A program made the position numbers and the translations under genes. The notes under the pieces are model-generated. The model saw only the letters and a list, made by a program, of their open reading frames with translations. It was not told the origin of the DNA and ran no database searches. Shown piece after piece: positions 41,501 to 54,848 of a stretch of 64,000 nt of DNA (its first letter is position 1; each line of letters opens with the position of its first letter). Source of the stretch: Bigelowiella natans CCMP2755 (taxonomy: Eukaryota; Protista; Cercozoa); NCBI GenBank assembly GCA_000320545.1, contig ADNK01003331.1, positions 1 to 64,000 of the forward strand. The letters are read 5' to 3'.

Positions 41501-41636
41501 ACGCGTTGTGCCACCCCCCCAAAGACCTACCTCCAAATTGAGATGGTATTGAATTTCTCCTTATTATCAGAGAAGGAGTGATACTGCGAAGACGAACAGG
41601 CCTTTGCCGCTCTCCAGAGAATCGCACGGTTGCCAT
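37430..41636 (-). CDS. Calcineurin-like metallophosphoesterase, multi-exon
   Basis: Motifs in order: ISDLH (~41260), DVLLIAGDIS (~41080), VFFVP/GNHELW (~40920/40800), VPLLSWY (~40410), LAKVAGS..LDDQIR (~38360), HVHVFGHSH (~38140). 3' end approximate. Confidence 0.78.
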
Positions 41637-42239
41637 GACCAGGAGAATGACCGAGAAAAGGAGGAGGAAAGATGATGATGATGATGGTGATGCCTATGGA
41701 AATAAAACCTCTGTCAGGAGTTATACAATTGATAATATGAAGACTGCTAGATAGAAATCCTACTCTGCCAACGAATAACAGAACGTGCCAAGCATATTTA
41801 CGTCTGGCATAATTACATTGTAACGCATGGCAGCACTGCAGCTTTCTCCCTTCGCCGTGTGGATCATCAAGCCCTCTTCCAACCTAGCGGTTTGCACGGA
41901 GATGAGTTTCGTATAGAGAAAATCAGCATATTTCAGTGTACAGCACGTACTTGACAGCGCGACCCCCCCACACAACTTCAACAGCTATGAAGCCATGGAA
42001 CCCGATCGAGGAGAGTCGAACGTCGAGTAGCCCGAAGTAGTAGGGTTTCAGCGTCGCCGACAATGATTCAGATGTTCTTAGGATGATATTTGCTCTTTTT
42101 GTAACTGTCAAACAACAATTGCAACAATACGACAGCGATGACAGAAGATGGAGTCCTTGAATCAACAATTGTGAATCAACAGCTTCATCAATGCTGTGAC
42201 AATGCATTCATTCTCAACGAACGAACGAACCAACTAACT

Positions 42240-43175
42240 AGCTGACGTCATCAACATGGCCCTCGCCTGCAATCAAGCATGCGGGCAGGGGCCTGCCCAA
42301 TGAATGACACTAGGACACCTGGAGTCATTGCTTCCGATCGATGCAGGGATCATCACGTTCGACATCAGTGTTGTTGAAGTGATGCTTCATGACGAGTCGA
42401 AACGCAGCACATTCTAGCATTTCTAGAAGTACGAGTTGCTGACATCACCAGATTGCTCTCTACTGGTGCACGCTAGCCTAGCTGGCACTGAGATCGGTCC
42501 ACACCGCGCGAGCAAACGCACGCCGTGGGTGGTGCAGCGTGGTTGTGAGCCGATGCTAGCGATGAAACAATGAAACAATGATGATGCAGTGTTTATACAG
42601 TGCTAGATCGACGATTGGTCTGGTGGTCGCAAATGGTCGAATGCATTCCATGATCGATGCACGCTAGCCAGCATGCACGCAGCACAAATCGGCGTGTCCG
42701 TTAGAACGTGCTAGCTAGCTAGCTCAGGATGCATCTAGAAATCTGCTTGTGCTAGATCAACGTGTGCGCGTCATTGGCTCATTTGCAGGCATGTGTGCAT
42801 GGCTACATGGTTGACAAGATCGAGAGAGGGCATTCTAGCATTGTGGATGCAATGACATCATGTGTGATGTTGCACGTCCATCACGCGCTAACAACAACGT
42901 GCATGCAAGCTAGCTAGCATGTAGATCATGAAACACAGAACTAGCAACCATGCATACAACATACAACGATCTAGTTGACAATGAAGGACACAAGATGCTC
43001 ATGTCAGAAATTGTCATCTTCACAAGCATTATTTCTCGTTGCTCAATGAGATTTGTATCGTTACGGGGGGGGGTGACGTATAAACACCCTTCTGCACGTG
43101 CATTACTGCTACCTTGAGTGCTCTCATCATACACATTCCCCAGTCTCATGCATGGCTAAGTGCATGTGCTAAACG
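42240..43175. mobile_element. TpA-depleted island (non-coding repeat remnant)
   Basis: Most surviving TA sites are CTAG (e.g. 42310, 42414, 42423, 42473, 42711-42722, 42910-42917); few other TA sites before ~42950. Confidence 0.5.
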
Positions 43176-43236
43176 CATTTGAGATTGCCATTAACATTTT
43201 CAGAAATAGTACCTAGAAATTATCGCAGCAGAAGCA

Positions 43237-43274
<38 letters not shown>

Positions 43275-43379
43275 TGCGTATTCACGCATTTAACTCATAT
43301 TTATGTACGTGTTTGTGTACTACTCTCAATTAATATAACCAGCTATTTCAACGATTTACCTGGCCTTCAAGATACTTTT

Positions 43380-43612
43380 CCTTTTCAGTTTGTTTCTGAA
43401 TCAACCTATTAAGATAATTCGAACAGCATTGATGTCAGCACTGACACTACGGTGGGAGATTGGTTGTGTAAGAGCGATATGATGATGAAATTGCTACTTT
43501 TGGAGAGTGTCGCTTTTCGTTCTCGGGGTCTGAAATTTCAATAGGCACCACGCAAAACGAAGAACAGTTCAAAGCAATATAGAGGATTTGTACGGGAATC
43601 AGCATACACACA

Positions 43613-43646
<34 letters not shown>

Positions 43647-43659
43647 ATATCAATATGCA

Positions 43660-43710
<51 letters not shown>

Positions 43711-45468
43711 AATATCATACATATCAGTAGCAATGAAAAGAATAAAATAATAACAAATTATAACAATAATAATAATACTAACAACAATCTTGGTGAAACG
43801 ATACTACTCATCGATAGCAATACCCAGGAAAGAACGCATACGTGAAAAATGACTGACCTCCATCTCGAGGGTTACTGCGAATGTACCAGGAACATCCCAC
43901 ATCTTTGCCACTAAATCACCTTGAGAATAATAATAATAGCAGCAGTGACAATAATCGGTAGGTGAATTCGCCACCCACATTGATGAGATCATCTTCATCA
44001 CAACAGAAGAAATTAGAGAGTTACTTCGCCAATGTTGTGTTAACGTAGTTGGTACCCTGATTTTGTAGTTTTTTGATATCATCATCGGCTCCTTTTGCTT
44101 GGTATTTCTCAGGCCAATGAAAACCAAAGGTACATCTGTCGTTGAGGAGGGAGGGGGTGAGACCGCTATCACATCCTAAATGACAACATACTACTTGCCT
44201 TCCGTGATTTCCTTCGCAATATTTCTAGTGCACATCCCTCGTCCCCCTCCCCCCTCGCTCCCCTCGCGTTTTGAGTCACCTGTAAGAGCAAATGCAGTAC
44301 TCGAAAAGCTTCTCCAGGCCTAAATATGTAGTGTGGAATCGTATCGTTCTTCTTTCTTCATCAGAAGATATTTTGAATTTCTAAAGAACACACACGATGT
44401 TGTAACCGATTTGTTCCAGAAACAAAGCACAACAAGGTATTCTTAGCACATGATGGTATGACTACATTGTATCATTACTAATTGCGTACGTGCATTGAAA
44501 TTTGCAAGATGGTATGTGGAGACGTTTATCGTAAAACATATAAATTAACCTTTTAATATATTGATAGATAGTAACACGATTTCTATTCTAAATAGTGCGA
44601 ACGAATCACGCCGAGTATATCTGCTTTTCCTCTTCTTCATCATCTTCTTCTTACCACCACTACCAAGTCTAATTACTACTACTACTGCTACTACTACAAC
44701 GACGATGATGACGATGACACTATGACGAAGACTGTGCTAGTACCCAACATCCAGCCAAGCAGTGAGCTCATAAACGTGTGCTGCATTTCCACAGGTCGGA
44801 CCTTCACTCAAACAAAATAAATAAATGATTAACGATAACAATGGGACATACTACTCACGATAATAAATAGCGATAAGATCGTTTCTGTTTGAATGATTAG
44901 ATGACACACCTCAAGTCGAACAAAGCATATTCCGTCCACTGATTTTCTGGAAGTGGAAAAATAACACATCTCTTAACGTTTATTACGTACTAATCACAAA
45001 GACAGTAGATAGAAGGTCTTCATCATACAATTTGAAATTATATATTAGGAACAATGTGATAACAGTAATAAAAATTGTGGATTTGAGCAGTCTCGTGTAT
45101 GTCAACAACACCGCTACCACAATACGAACACTGTATATACCTTAAGGCTACTTTACGATACAAAAGAAACTCCATTGTGGGGAGAGAAAAGGTCACACCA
45201 AGTACCAGGACTTGTACCTTCAAAGTCATCAAAGGAACCAAAAAAATAGTAAGGAGAGGAAGATGAAAATTGTTGTCGCTTTGTCTTCGATATCAAGAGC
45301 AAAGGCAGCAGCAGCAGGAGGAGGGGGAGTGGGAGAAGTAGGAGAGGATGAAGGAAGGCTGGGAGGAAAATAGAATAATTGTCAAAACCTTCTCCAACGC
45401 AACACGTACTGCATCCTTGCAATATATATCTCCCACCAAGAAATTTCCTTCTGCTCATGAGAACATGT

Positions 45469-45504
<36 letters not shown>

Positions 45505-46273
45505 AAGAGGTGGTTGGTGGTGGTGGTGATGATGATGACGATGATGATGGTGACAGCATATTCATTGAGCATTATTATCTTGACAACCATCTCTTCGTTT
45601 GCCTCTAGAAAGAAGTAAATGTACCCTTCTATTACTACTACTACTATTACTACTACTACTACTGTTCTGTGCCATCATTTCTTGCATCTTGCACTCACGT
45701 CATTGTCGCTACTACTGCTGTGAGTACTACCTCTTCTGGTACTATTTACTACTGCGACTAAACCAATAATAATGCTACTACTACTACTACTATTGCAAGC
45801 TACTGCGCCCTGCTGCTCTATCAAAAAAATCGAATAAATGCTAATGCATAGTATATATTCTAACGAAGGAGTAGTAGTAGTAGTAGAAGAAGAAGAAGAA
45901 GTAGTAGAAGTATTAGTAATACCCTTGTCCACACAAGCAATACGCTCAACAATGTCCTCGTCATCATTTTCCTTGATGTTCTTCTTTATCCGGTGCCATA
46001 AGAAGTTTGAATCGTCGTCGGTCTGATTACAAGCACACACACACATACACACACACACATTAACGTATAATACGTGCAGTAGCGAAAACACGTATGGTTT
46101 AATCGGAAGGTAGTGTATGATCTTCCCCAGAATCTTATAAATGATAAATACCACTACTTGACAATAATAATGCCTTATCAGTTCAGTGGTGGTGGCGATC
46201 TCTCAGTTGTTGAAAAATAGCAGCATTTCATGAGGCTACGCCGGTGTTGGAAGAACGAATACAGATGATGACA

Positions 46274-46307
<34 letters not shown>

Positions 46308-46758
46308 CTTCGTCTTATTCCTATGAGGAAATGACGTTGATCGGTGGTTTCATGGCTATTTTTAAGCTCAAGAATATGTGTTTGTTGTTTGTTGTTGAGT
46401 ACCACATACTGCACAACCAAGGTCTTTTCTTTGCCGTCATACGAGGCATAAGCAATGTGCTAAAGGCAGAATATAATTATAGAATAGGGTAGTAGTAAGA
46501 CGGAGAAAGAAAGAGGACAAAGAAATCATTATCAACGGATCACAATTACTACTACTACTACTAATAGTAGTAGTAGTACTCAATGGCGCTGCTGCAAGAC
46601 GTATGTGACAACATTCTTCTTCTTCTCCTTCTTCTTCTTCTTCTTCTTCTTCTTCTTCTTCTTCTTCTCCTACATTTAGCTTGTGCCTATCCGTGAGAAC
46701 CAAATTACAAGAATGCAAACGATCCAGTGTTTTGGACAACCCCTTGTTTGTTAGGAGA

Positions 46759-46807
<49 letters not shown>

Positions 46808-47003
46808 CCAAACGAAGGGGCGAAGGGGGGGGGGAGGGAAAAAAATTACAAATATATTCAATATCAGTATGCAGTGTAGTGGCATTTGTCATCATCGATA
46901 TCTCAATTCAAAACGAAGAAAAGTAAAAAAAAGAGTAAACGACGCTAAGAAGCAAAGCTTGTGGACTTCGAGATAGAGAACACAAAGACGACACACGCAA
47001 AAC

Positions 47004-47040
<37 letters not shown>

Positions 47041-47773
47041 GTGATTAATAATCATAATGATACTGGGTATTTCTCCTGAACAGCTTCCCAGTCAAAGCTG
47101 ACTTTCACGGTGCAAATGTGATATCTGAGCAGCATCATTCCAACGAAAATAGTAATAACAACAGATCAAACTACGCAACCCTTATCACAACTATTAATGA
47201 TGCTGCCGCTGAATTTGGTGATGACGTGCGTGAGGACGTTGGTTAGTTAGTGAGCAGTTAGTTCCTCAAATTACCTTTTCCCATTGATTTTCTTTGGTTG
47301 AAACTTCTTGGTCATCGTAGCTTTCAAACTATCCATGCTAGAGAAGAAGAGAGGATATATCAATCACAGACGAACAACGAGAGAGGAGGCCAATACCGAC
47401 TACTTATTATGTGTAGGGAAGAAGTGAAAGATGATAATGATGACACCACCATTCCGTGCAAATGCAAAGCAGGGTTGCTTAGGTGATAGTAGTAGTAGGT
47501 TACATTGCTTCAAGAGATTTGCTTTCTACTTTCCCGTCCTTGGCCATTGAATTTGCGCCGAACAATGAATTAAGCCCGAAGAATATAGACTTCAAACTGA
47601 TATATTAATATTTATGTATATAACCAGGAAAAGGTAACACGGGTAGGGTAGTAGGTGTATTATTCAGATTCCAGTAAGGACGAAGGAGAAGAGAAAGGGG
47701 GGGGGGAAGGAGGCAGATGATATTCCAGGAAATGTATAGTACAGTAGTAGGTGTGCGTACGTACCAGAGAGAA

Positions 47774-47816
<43 letters not shown>

Positions 47817-47818
47817 TG

Positions 47819-47856
<38 letters not shown>

Positions 47857-48148
47857 GTGCGTAGTAGTAGTAGTAGTAGTAATAGCTACCTAACGAATGA
47901 AGAAATGATCCAGCCAGTTTTAACGTTCCAACCTCTAGAAAAGAACAGAAGAAGGCAGTAGAGGAGGATAACATTCAAGATACATGACAACATGATGTTT
48001 GACTATGTGTAAGACGAAGTATACCATAGTGCTAATTGAGTAGTGTATATAACATATCTGTATTATATTTATATTATTCTACATGATTCGACTAATGGTG
48101 CTCAGATGTTCTCGGATGATTGAATGAGGAAGTCAGAGTAACACATAT

Positions 48149-48180
<32 letters not shown>

Positions 48181-49237
48181 CCTCTGGCATGATAGTATTG
48201 CAGTATAACAGTGTTGTTATTGTTGTAGTAGTAGTAGCAGTAGTAGTAGTAGTATAGTAGTAGTAGTAGTAGTAGTATCGAAAGCACTACCAACCTATAT
48301 TTCAAATAGTACTTCTAAATCAATTTGGAGAGAACATACTTTTCAATTGGAAGTTTCTTCCTAATTTTCAATCCCTGGAATATGTGGTGAGCAAGGCCTT
48401 CCGCTTGGAAGCTCTTGAGATTATTATTATTATTATCATAATTATTATTATCATGTCAAACAATAAACGACAAATTATTCGTTGGAAACTACTGAGGTAA
48501 CAATCCCACTACTTTCTACCAAAGATGACGCTTTCAATACAATACAATAATGATGCGTAAATACTAAGAGTAGCAAAACGACGTATTCTACCATGCCATC
48601 ATCATCTTGGGAAGTATTTGTTTGCTACTATTAGTTATGACTAATACTACTAATAATAATGATAATAATAATAATAATACCTCGAAATATCGTATGGATC
48701 GCATCTTACACTAAATGCTATAACTAATTATATTCTATTACCGCTTTCAATACTTCAAGATCAATAATGTGTACATCGTTTGCAATGTCATTCATTGCAT
48801 CTCGAGTCGACTGTTACAACACAACTAGAGATATCATTATCGAGCCACATTCTTGCTGAAACAATGATGGTGTGCGTTAGGATTATCGAGCCACATTCTT
48901 GCTGAAACAATGATGGTGTGCGTTAGAGCGTTTAGAGAACAATGACAAAGATCCAACAAATCGGTCTGCATTGATTCCACTCATTCGATTCCTAGTTGTC
49001 AACAACCTTGTCGTTCTTCAAAACTTTCACTTTCGACTTATCTCCCTTGTATGTCGCCAATATTGCCTGCCTTTTCTGAGAGAAGAAGAAGAAGAAGAAG
49101 AAGCAACAGCACGCACCAACACAAAACATAAGGGAGAAAACGGAACTATTCTTGTTTTTTGCTTTACTTTCCATTCAGAAAATCTTTATTTTATTGTACT
49201 AATTATCAATGATGTATTATTCCTCGAAGCAATAATA

Positions 49238-49288
<51 letters not shown>

Positions 49289-49922
49289 CATGTACCTCAT
49301 CGCTTATCTCTGGGTCAAGCAATTCACTTGGAAAACGGAAATCAGCACGGGCTACGACAAAGCCACGTCCTTTAACCTAATAATATTAGATACGGTGAGT
49401 AGTTCTAAAGCAGCAAATGACAACGATGTGGACACGTCATCTTTCCTACTATTATTCCTCTCTACACATGCAGGCATGTGATCCACTAAAGATATGCATG
49501 CATGCATGCCATCCTTCAATAAAGATGATATCGTTGCTGAGTAGTAAGTAGAGCTAGCTGCTTTCATCTACTACTTTACCGGGGCTGTATTGGCTTTTGG
49601 AACTACTGCTGTTTTTGACTCTCCAGGCTTTTTGAGTGAGAAAGATCTATTCCCCATTCCAAAACCTATGCGGCATCAAGATGTGTTAGAGATACTGCTG
49701 TTATTGCTCGTATTTTGGTATTTAATGCTACATATAATAAGTAGACACTTCTACGAATGCAAGTGTGCTTTGTGTGTGTGTGTGTGTGTGTGTGTCAGCG
49801 GCAGTTGATGAGCGGTACGATGGAAGATTTGAACTATATACTACTTGTGCAGTTGTTGAACGCGTAACATTTAATTGTATGTGCGGGATGCATGCATGCT
49901 GAAATAAATTTAAAAACTAAGA

Positions 49923-49957
<35 letters not shown>

Positions 49958-50870
49958 GAAAATGCTTACCTCCCCCGAAACCACCGATTTTAGGTTTGCT
50001 GACACTTTTAGCTTTGGAGGCTTGGCCACTAATAAGTTGTTAGAAATATAACAATTGTTAGCGGAAGATAGAGATGTGGCAAATAAAATATCTTGCTAAA
50101 GGCTACTACTTACTACTCACTCAGGCATACTATCTTGGTAAAGGCTACTCACTCACTCACTCACTCAAGCATTATAATAGAGATGGATGGATCCCCATGT
50201 CAAACGGTGTGCATTTACTCACTCACTCAGGCATAATATCAGAGATGGATGGATCCCCATGTCAAACGGTGTGTTCTTACTCACTCACTCACTCAGTCAC
50301 TCACTCACTCAGGCATAATATCAGAGATGGATCCCCATGTCAAACGGTGTGTTCTTTCGCCTACAACAGACCAAGAAGGTGATGAGCGAAGTAGAAGTAT
50401 TATCAAAGAGCGTAGTATGAGTCGTATGAGTCAAGTGACCGTTTTTGTTTAAGAAACTCTGCAGCCTATTCTCACGGGATCCCTGAGGTTATTTCACGAT
50501 TTGATGGATGAATTAAGATAGGAAAGGAGCAAGTACGATGACTTGTTCTGTCTCCTTACCCCATCATTAATTGTCCAGAGGTTGCACGAGAGTTGCTTCT
50601 CCTTTTCTCCCAGCGCCCATCTGTAATAAAGATTTTGCGGAATCTTCGTCAACCAACTAACGACGATCGCAACGACCACAGCCGTCCAATTTGTTGTTGT
50701 GATACCTCGTATGTTGGCTTATCTCTCCTAGGAGTTTCACGATGTCCTTGCGCGTAGAAATTTCATCTTTGTGCTCGGCGCTCTGTTTCTGCATTGTTAT
50801 TACTACTGCTGCTGTGTTGTTGTTATCGTGGTGCCTCCTCCTCCTCCTCACAGGCTTAGGAGTATCTGAC
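43380..50870 (-). CDS. Hypothetical multi-exon protein(s) with microsatellite-rich introns
   Basis: Many short minus-strand exon-like blocks with GT/AG ends (e.g. GDLVAKMWDVPGTFAVTLEMEV, GSFDDFEGTSPGTWCDLFSPHNGVSF, TDDDSNFLWHRIKKNIKE); no family recognised. Confidence 0.4.
48836..48926. repeat. Perfect 46-bp-period tandem duplication
   Basis: ATTATCGAGCCACATTCTTGCTGAAACAATGATGGTGTGCGTTAG at 48836 and 48882. Confidence 0.9.
50100..50352. repeat. Minisatellite: three copies of (ACTC)n-AGGCATAATATCAGAGATGG..ATCCCCATGTCAAACGGTGTG
   Basis: Copies end near 50211, 50272 and 50352. Confidence 0.85.
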
Positions 50871-51737
50871 AAATCTACTACCTACTACGACGCACGTTGG
50901 GAACTTACTTACACATTGGAATGTTCGAACAAATGGAAGAAATTTTATATCTGCGACAACGACTACAGTCCATTTTGAGAAAGAAAACACTAGAATGTGC
51001 TATGAAAGGCTACTCAGTTCCCAGTTTTCTCTCAACGTACGACACCTCAAATGTGATGTCGTTCAAATGAAAAAGCAACAGACAGCCGAAAGCTTGTGAG
51101 ATCAAATGGCGGCTGGTGAAATGAACCCTGCTAGCCTGGCTAGCTGGCTTGATGGCTTGTGTCATGCTGGAAACTCTCTAGCTCTGCTCAACGTGACGTG
51201 CACGCAGCAATGACAACAGCTAGATCAAACAAATGCCATTGCAGCTGTGCCAGCCTCCTGGCCATGCCTAGATGCTGGTGTGATTGCACGCGATCGTTTG
51301 TGGAACCCGTGTGTCAATTTGCTGGACCCCAAGCTAGCAAGCGCAGCCAAACTTGAACCTTCAGCCAGCGAGCGCAGCGCTTCGAACATGCCTTGAACAC
51401 GTTCTGGAGACGACATGTGAAGCATTTTCATGTGTGCGGGTGACGTGCATGCGATGCATCTAGCTGACAGCTGGGCATGCCAGCATGCCAGCATGCTGGC
51501 TGCACCGGCCAGTCTAGCAGTGCACGTCTAGGTCCAGAGGTGTCTAGGTGTGTGTGCAATGTGTGTGTGGATCATGGAATCATGTCGCCGTGTCCATTGT
51601 GGATGACGTGATGCAGCACGTGTGAAACCTAGCAATGTGTGCACGTGTCGACGCGTGTCAAAGTGAAACACACCAGCAGCAACAGCATGGGACATGCATG
51701 GAAAAATCATTGCAATTGACATTGAAACCATCAGATG

Positions 51738-54558
51738 TCACACAAATGTCACCAAAATGCAATTGAAGTGCATCATGCATGACAATTGCAATGCTGTCCA
51801 CGGTGCTTGGGCACACTTGAGCTGATGCGCTGCGCAAAATTTTTTTCCAACGTGTCCTTTGCCGCACCACTCGCACCAATGTTTGTGTCTACTAGAGCTG
51901 CCACTTTTGTGTGGATTGAGGAGTTTCCTGAGCTCTTGGAACCCGGCGTCTGGTGTGACATGATCACTTCGCCTGCCAAGTGTCTGAAAACAACTGTGAA
52001 AAAACGCCAAATTTTTCCGTTCAAGTGCGTCTGTCCTAGCAAATTTCAGCCCGCCTGAGCAAGCTGTCAGCTTCTGAACCTCATCAGATGAGTCATCAGA
52101 ATCCACGTTTGATTCAATTGGTCCAGGATTCTCTGAAAAACAGTTGGAATGAGCAGCACTTCTTCCACATTGCTCCCCCATGTGATTGACCCAAGTGTGA
52201 GCACAAGGAGTCACAATCGTGCTAGGAAGACCCTTCATCTGCACGTCATCCACACCTGGTTCTCCATTTCCAACAAGCACACACAAACAAAAATTTTCAA
52301 CACGATGATTGTCATGAATTGCACACACACGCACACGCCTCACACCACACGTGTGCATGCGCATGTTGTTCGTTGTTCTCACCCTTCTTCCATGAGCGCC
52401 TCCATGAAATCCGAATGTTCCTTCCACATTTCTTCACAAGTCAGTTCTGGCCCGTCTCCTGGCCAAACCATCAGTCTGCGATGCATTTCAACCCAGCTTC
52501 TTGCCGATTTTTGCAACAGCTCGCCTCTCCCAGGATTGACTTTGTGCAGGCGTTCGAAGTCCCATTCCTCTGAAATCTGCAGCATCTTCGCCATTTTCGG
52601 AGTGGCCCAAGTGAATCCTCCTGCTGCTGATCCATCTTTCACCTCACACGCCTGAACTTGAACTCAGTCGTGTTGAATGGAGCTGCTTGCAAGTCGTTTT
52701 CCATCTGTTTCATGCCCTCCTGAGGGGTGCCTGGCTCTGTGTTTGTGATGTCAGTGAACACGTGAGCTGTGATCTCATCGTGAAGAAACCGAAACACGAG
52801 GTGCATGTTTTCACTCCAGCGACGTTCCATCGGTGCAAATGGAAGAAGATCAATGTGCTGCCTTCCATGCTCTTTGAGAGGTCCCGAGAAGCGCTGCTTT
52901 TCTGCAGCCCACTTCACAGTCATGTCCGCTCGATCCTCAGCATGACAGCAACAGCACAAGCAGTTGTGGTTTTTCAAATGGAAACCAACCACACCGTGGA
53001 TGATTTTCATCCATTTTGCGTCTCCAGTGTGGTGCAGCCTCACTTTCCTCTGGCACCCTTTCCACATGAAGCCATCCTCTTGCAAGTCCTTGAGTTCAGT
53101 GAACAACGGAGTGAGACATTCTTGAAGCATCGGTCCATTTTCATTGCCAACGAGAAGCGCCAACACGCACTGTCTGTCCTCTCTGTGCATTGGGCCCTCA
53201 TTGAGAATTCCAAATTGAAACGTGACAGACTTGAAAGAATTCCCTGTTCCACGCCCATCACCTTCAAGCAGTGTGTCATGCGTCGTGCAATTTTCGAGCC
53301 CTCGATGCTCAAAAATGTGCTTGAAACACTTCTCTGGATGCACCACGAAATGCTTTGCATCATGAGATGTGTCAAACTTGGACTTTGTGGCCAAATTCAT
53401 TTCACTTTGCACTTTCTTGACCGAGTGCGTGGAAGGAACAGCATGCGAGAGCATTCGAACTTCGTGGAGTTTTTTTTTGGATGGTCCACTGTCAACCAAG
53501 TGCAAAAACTTGCCAACCACATTGGCTGCTTTGGTGCCTTTTCGAAAAGCCACCTTCACGGAGCATTCTTCTTCAACAGCGAATTCCAATGCTCCACATC
53601 CACAGAGCTGTGTGCACCATTTTTCTGCTGCCCGAGATGTCAAGCGAGAGATTTCAGATTCTGCTGCTTTCCGGCGCGCAATCAAAGCGGTGCGTTTGAT
53701 TTTGGAATCATCCTTTGGCTTGCGTTTTGGACCCATGATCAAACACGAACTCCCCATTTTTTGCTTCATTGAAGAGAGCTTGGCTCGAATTTTCTTCGAA
53801 GCCCTGCCTCTGCATTTGGAACGATCTGATGCCACTTGATGGTTCTTTTGTGCAGAAGACTTCGATGCCTGGAGTTGGATGGAGAGCTGAGTGGCTTTGC
53901 TGTTGAGGGATGACAGACGCTTTTCCGACTTGGACTTCTGAGCCTTGAGCTTGGAGCTGCACAGCACCCATCGTTTTTTGTCGGCGATCGACATCTCTGA
54001 CAATGCCGAGTTTCAGCACTTCTGTTTCTTTTCTGAGAGCCTCAACTTTTTCTGTGAGCTTCCTCGCTTTGGCTCTGGATGCAGTGGCTGAAGCAATGGC
54101 ATCGGTGCGCTGCATCACTGTTTCCTGCTGCTCTTTTTGGGCGCGCACAAGCTCTTTTGGATTTTCAATTTTTCTAGCTGCCTCTTTGGCCGACCTTCTC
54201 TCTTTTTGCTCAGCTTCAATTCAATGTCAAGTTCGTCAGATTTTTTTTTTGCCTCATGAACCTCCGACATTGCCTCGGTGGCTTTCTCTTTCCACCTCGA
54301 AACCGCAGGGCTCGAAGAATGAAGTTCGGCTGACTTTCCACCTCGAAACCGCAGGGCTCGAAGAATGAAGTTCGGCTGACATCTTTTTTGATTTTTTTCC
54401 GGAAGCACAATTGCCATCACAGTTGTGCCTGGCACCAAGCAAAGGGTCTTCTCGTGGGTTTTCGCCATGATGTCCCTTGTGTTCGAAGGACACGATCCTT
54501 CGCAATGTCGAAATCCCGCCCGAAGCTGGGGGAACGTCTGCTCAGAATGTGCAAGCAA
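51738..54558 (-). pseudogene. RAG1/Transib-like DDE transposase pseudogene (frameshifted, probable intron ~52290-52380)
   Basis: EGDGRGTG (D1), TGDAKWM (D2), CLCCCC (CxxC), ENMHLVFRF, VTPCAHTWVNH (HxxxxH as in RAG1 NYFHKTLAH), TDALERKN (E), C-terminal CEWC..H..C finger; split over ORFs 54115-54558, 53708-54148, 52639-54003, 52379-52642, 51738-52427. Confidence 0.72.
54288..54380. repeat. Perfect 46-bp tandem duplication inside the transposase 5' region (frameshifting)
   Basis: CTTTCCACCTCGAAACCGCAGGGCTCGAAGAATGAAGTTCGGCTGA at 54288 and 54334. Confidence 0.9.
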
Positions 54559-54848
54559 GCGTCATGAAATCAACAAACTGACACCGAAAACTCTGCAAAC
54601 AATCAAAACACAATTCTCTTTTTCTCTCGCAAGAGAGATTGAATCGAACACTGCATTTTTGTCGAACCTTGTGTTCTCCTGCTCGAAGCAGGGAAAGCAA
54701 TTTCACCAGGTTCATCGCCTCTTCCACGACCATGAGAGCCCTCCACCCCATTGCAGGCGCCTCCGAACTTTCAAGTGAAAAAAAAAATGTCAACAAGTGT
54801 TGATTCGGATGTTTTTTTTTGCGTGATTTCACCTGAGCGAATTTTCAA

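Noticed and set aside
50100-50352. CRISPR-like repeat-spacer array
   Set aside because: The intervening sequences are (ACTC)n microsatellite rather than unique spacers; eukaryotic context, no cas genes.
52687-53772. 361-aa plus-strand ORF antisense to the transposase, and other stacked ORFs in the islands
   Set aside because: Loss of TA removes TAA/TAG stops in all six frames, so long overlapping ORFs are expected artefacts; there are no recognisable motifs.
52639-54003. Alternative genetic code or codon bias explaining the absence of Tyr
   Set aside because: TA is absent in all codon positions and in non-coding flanks, while neighbouring host genes use Tyr codons and TAA stops normally.
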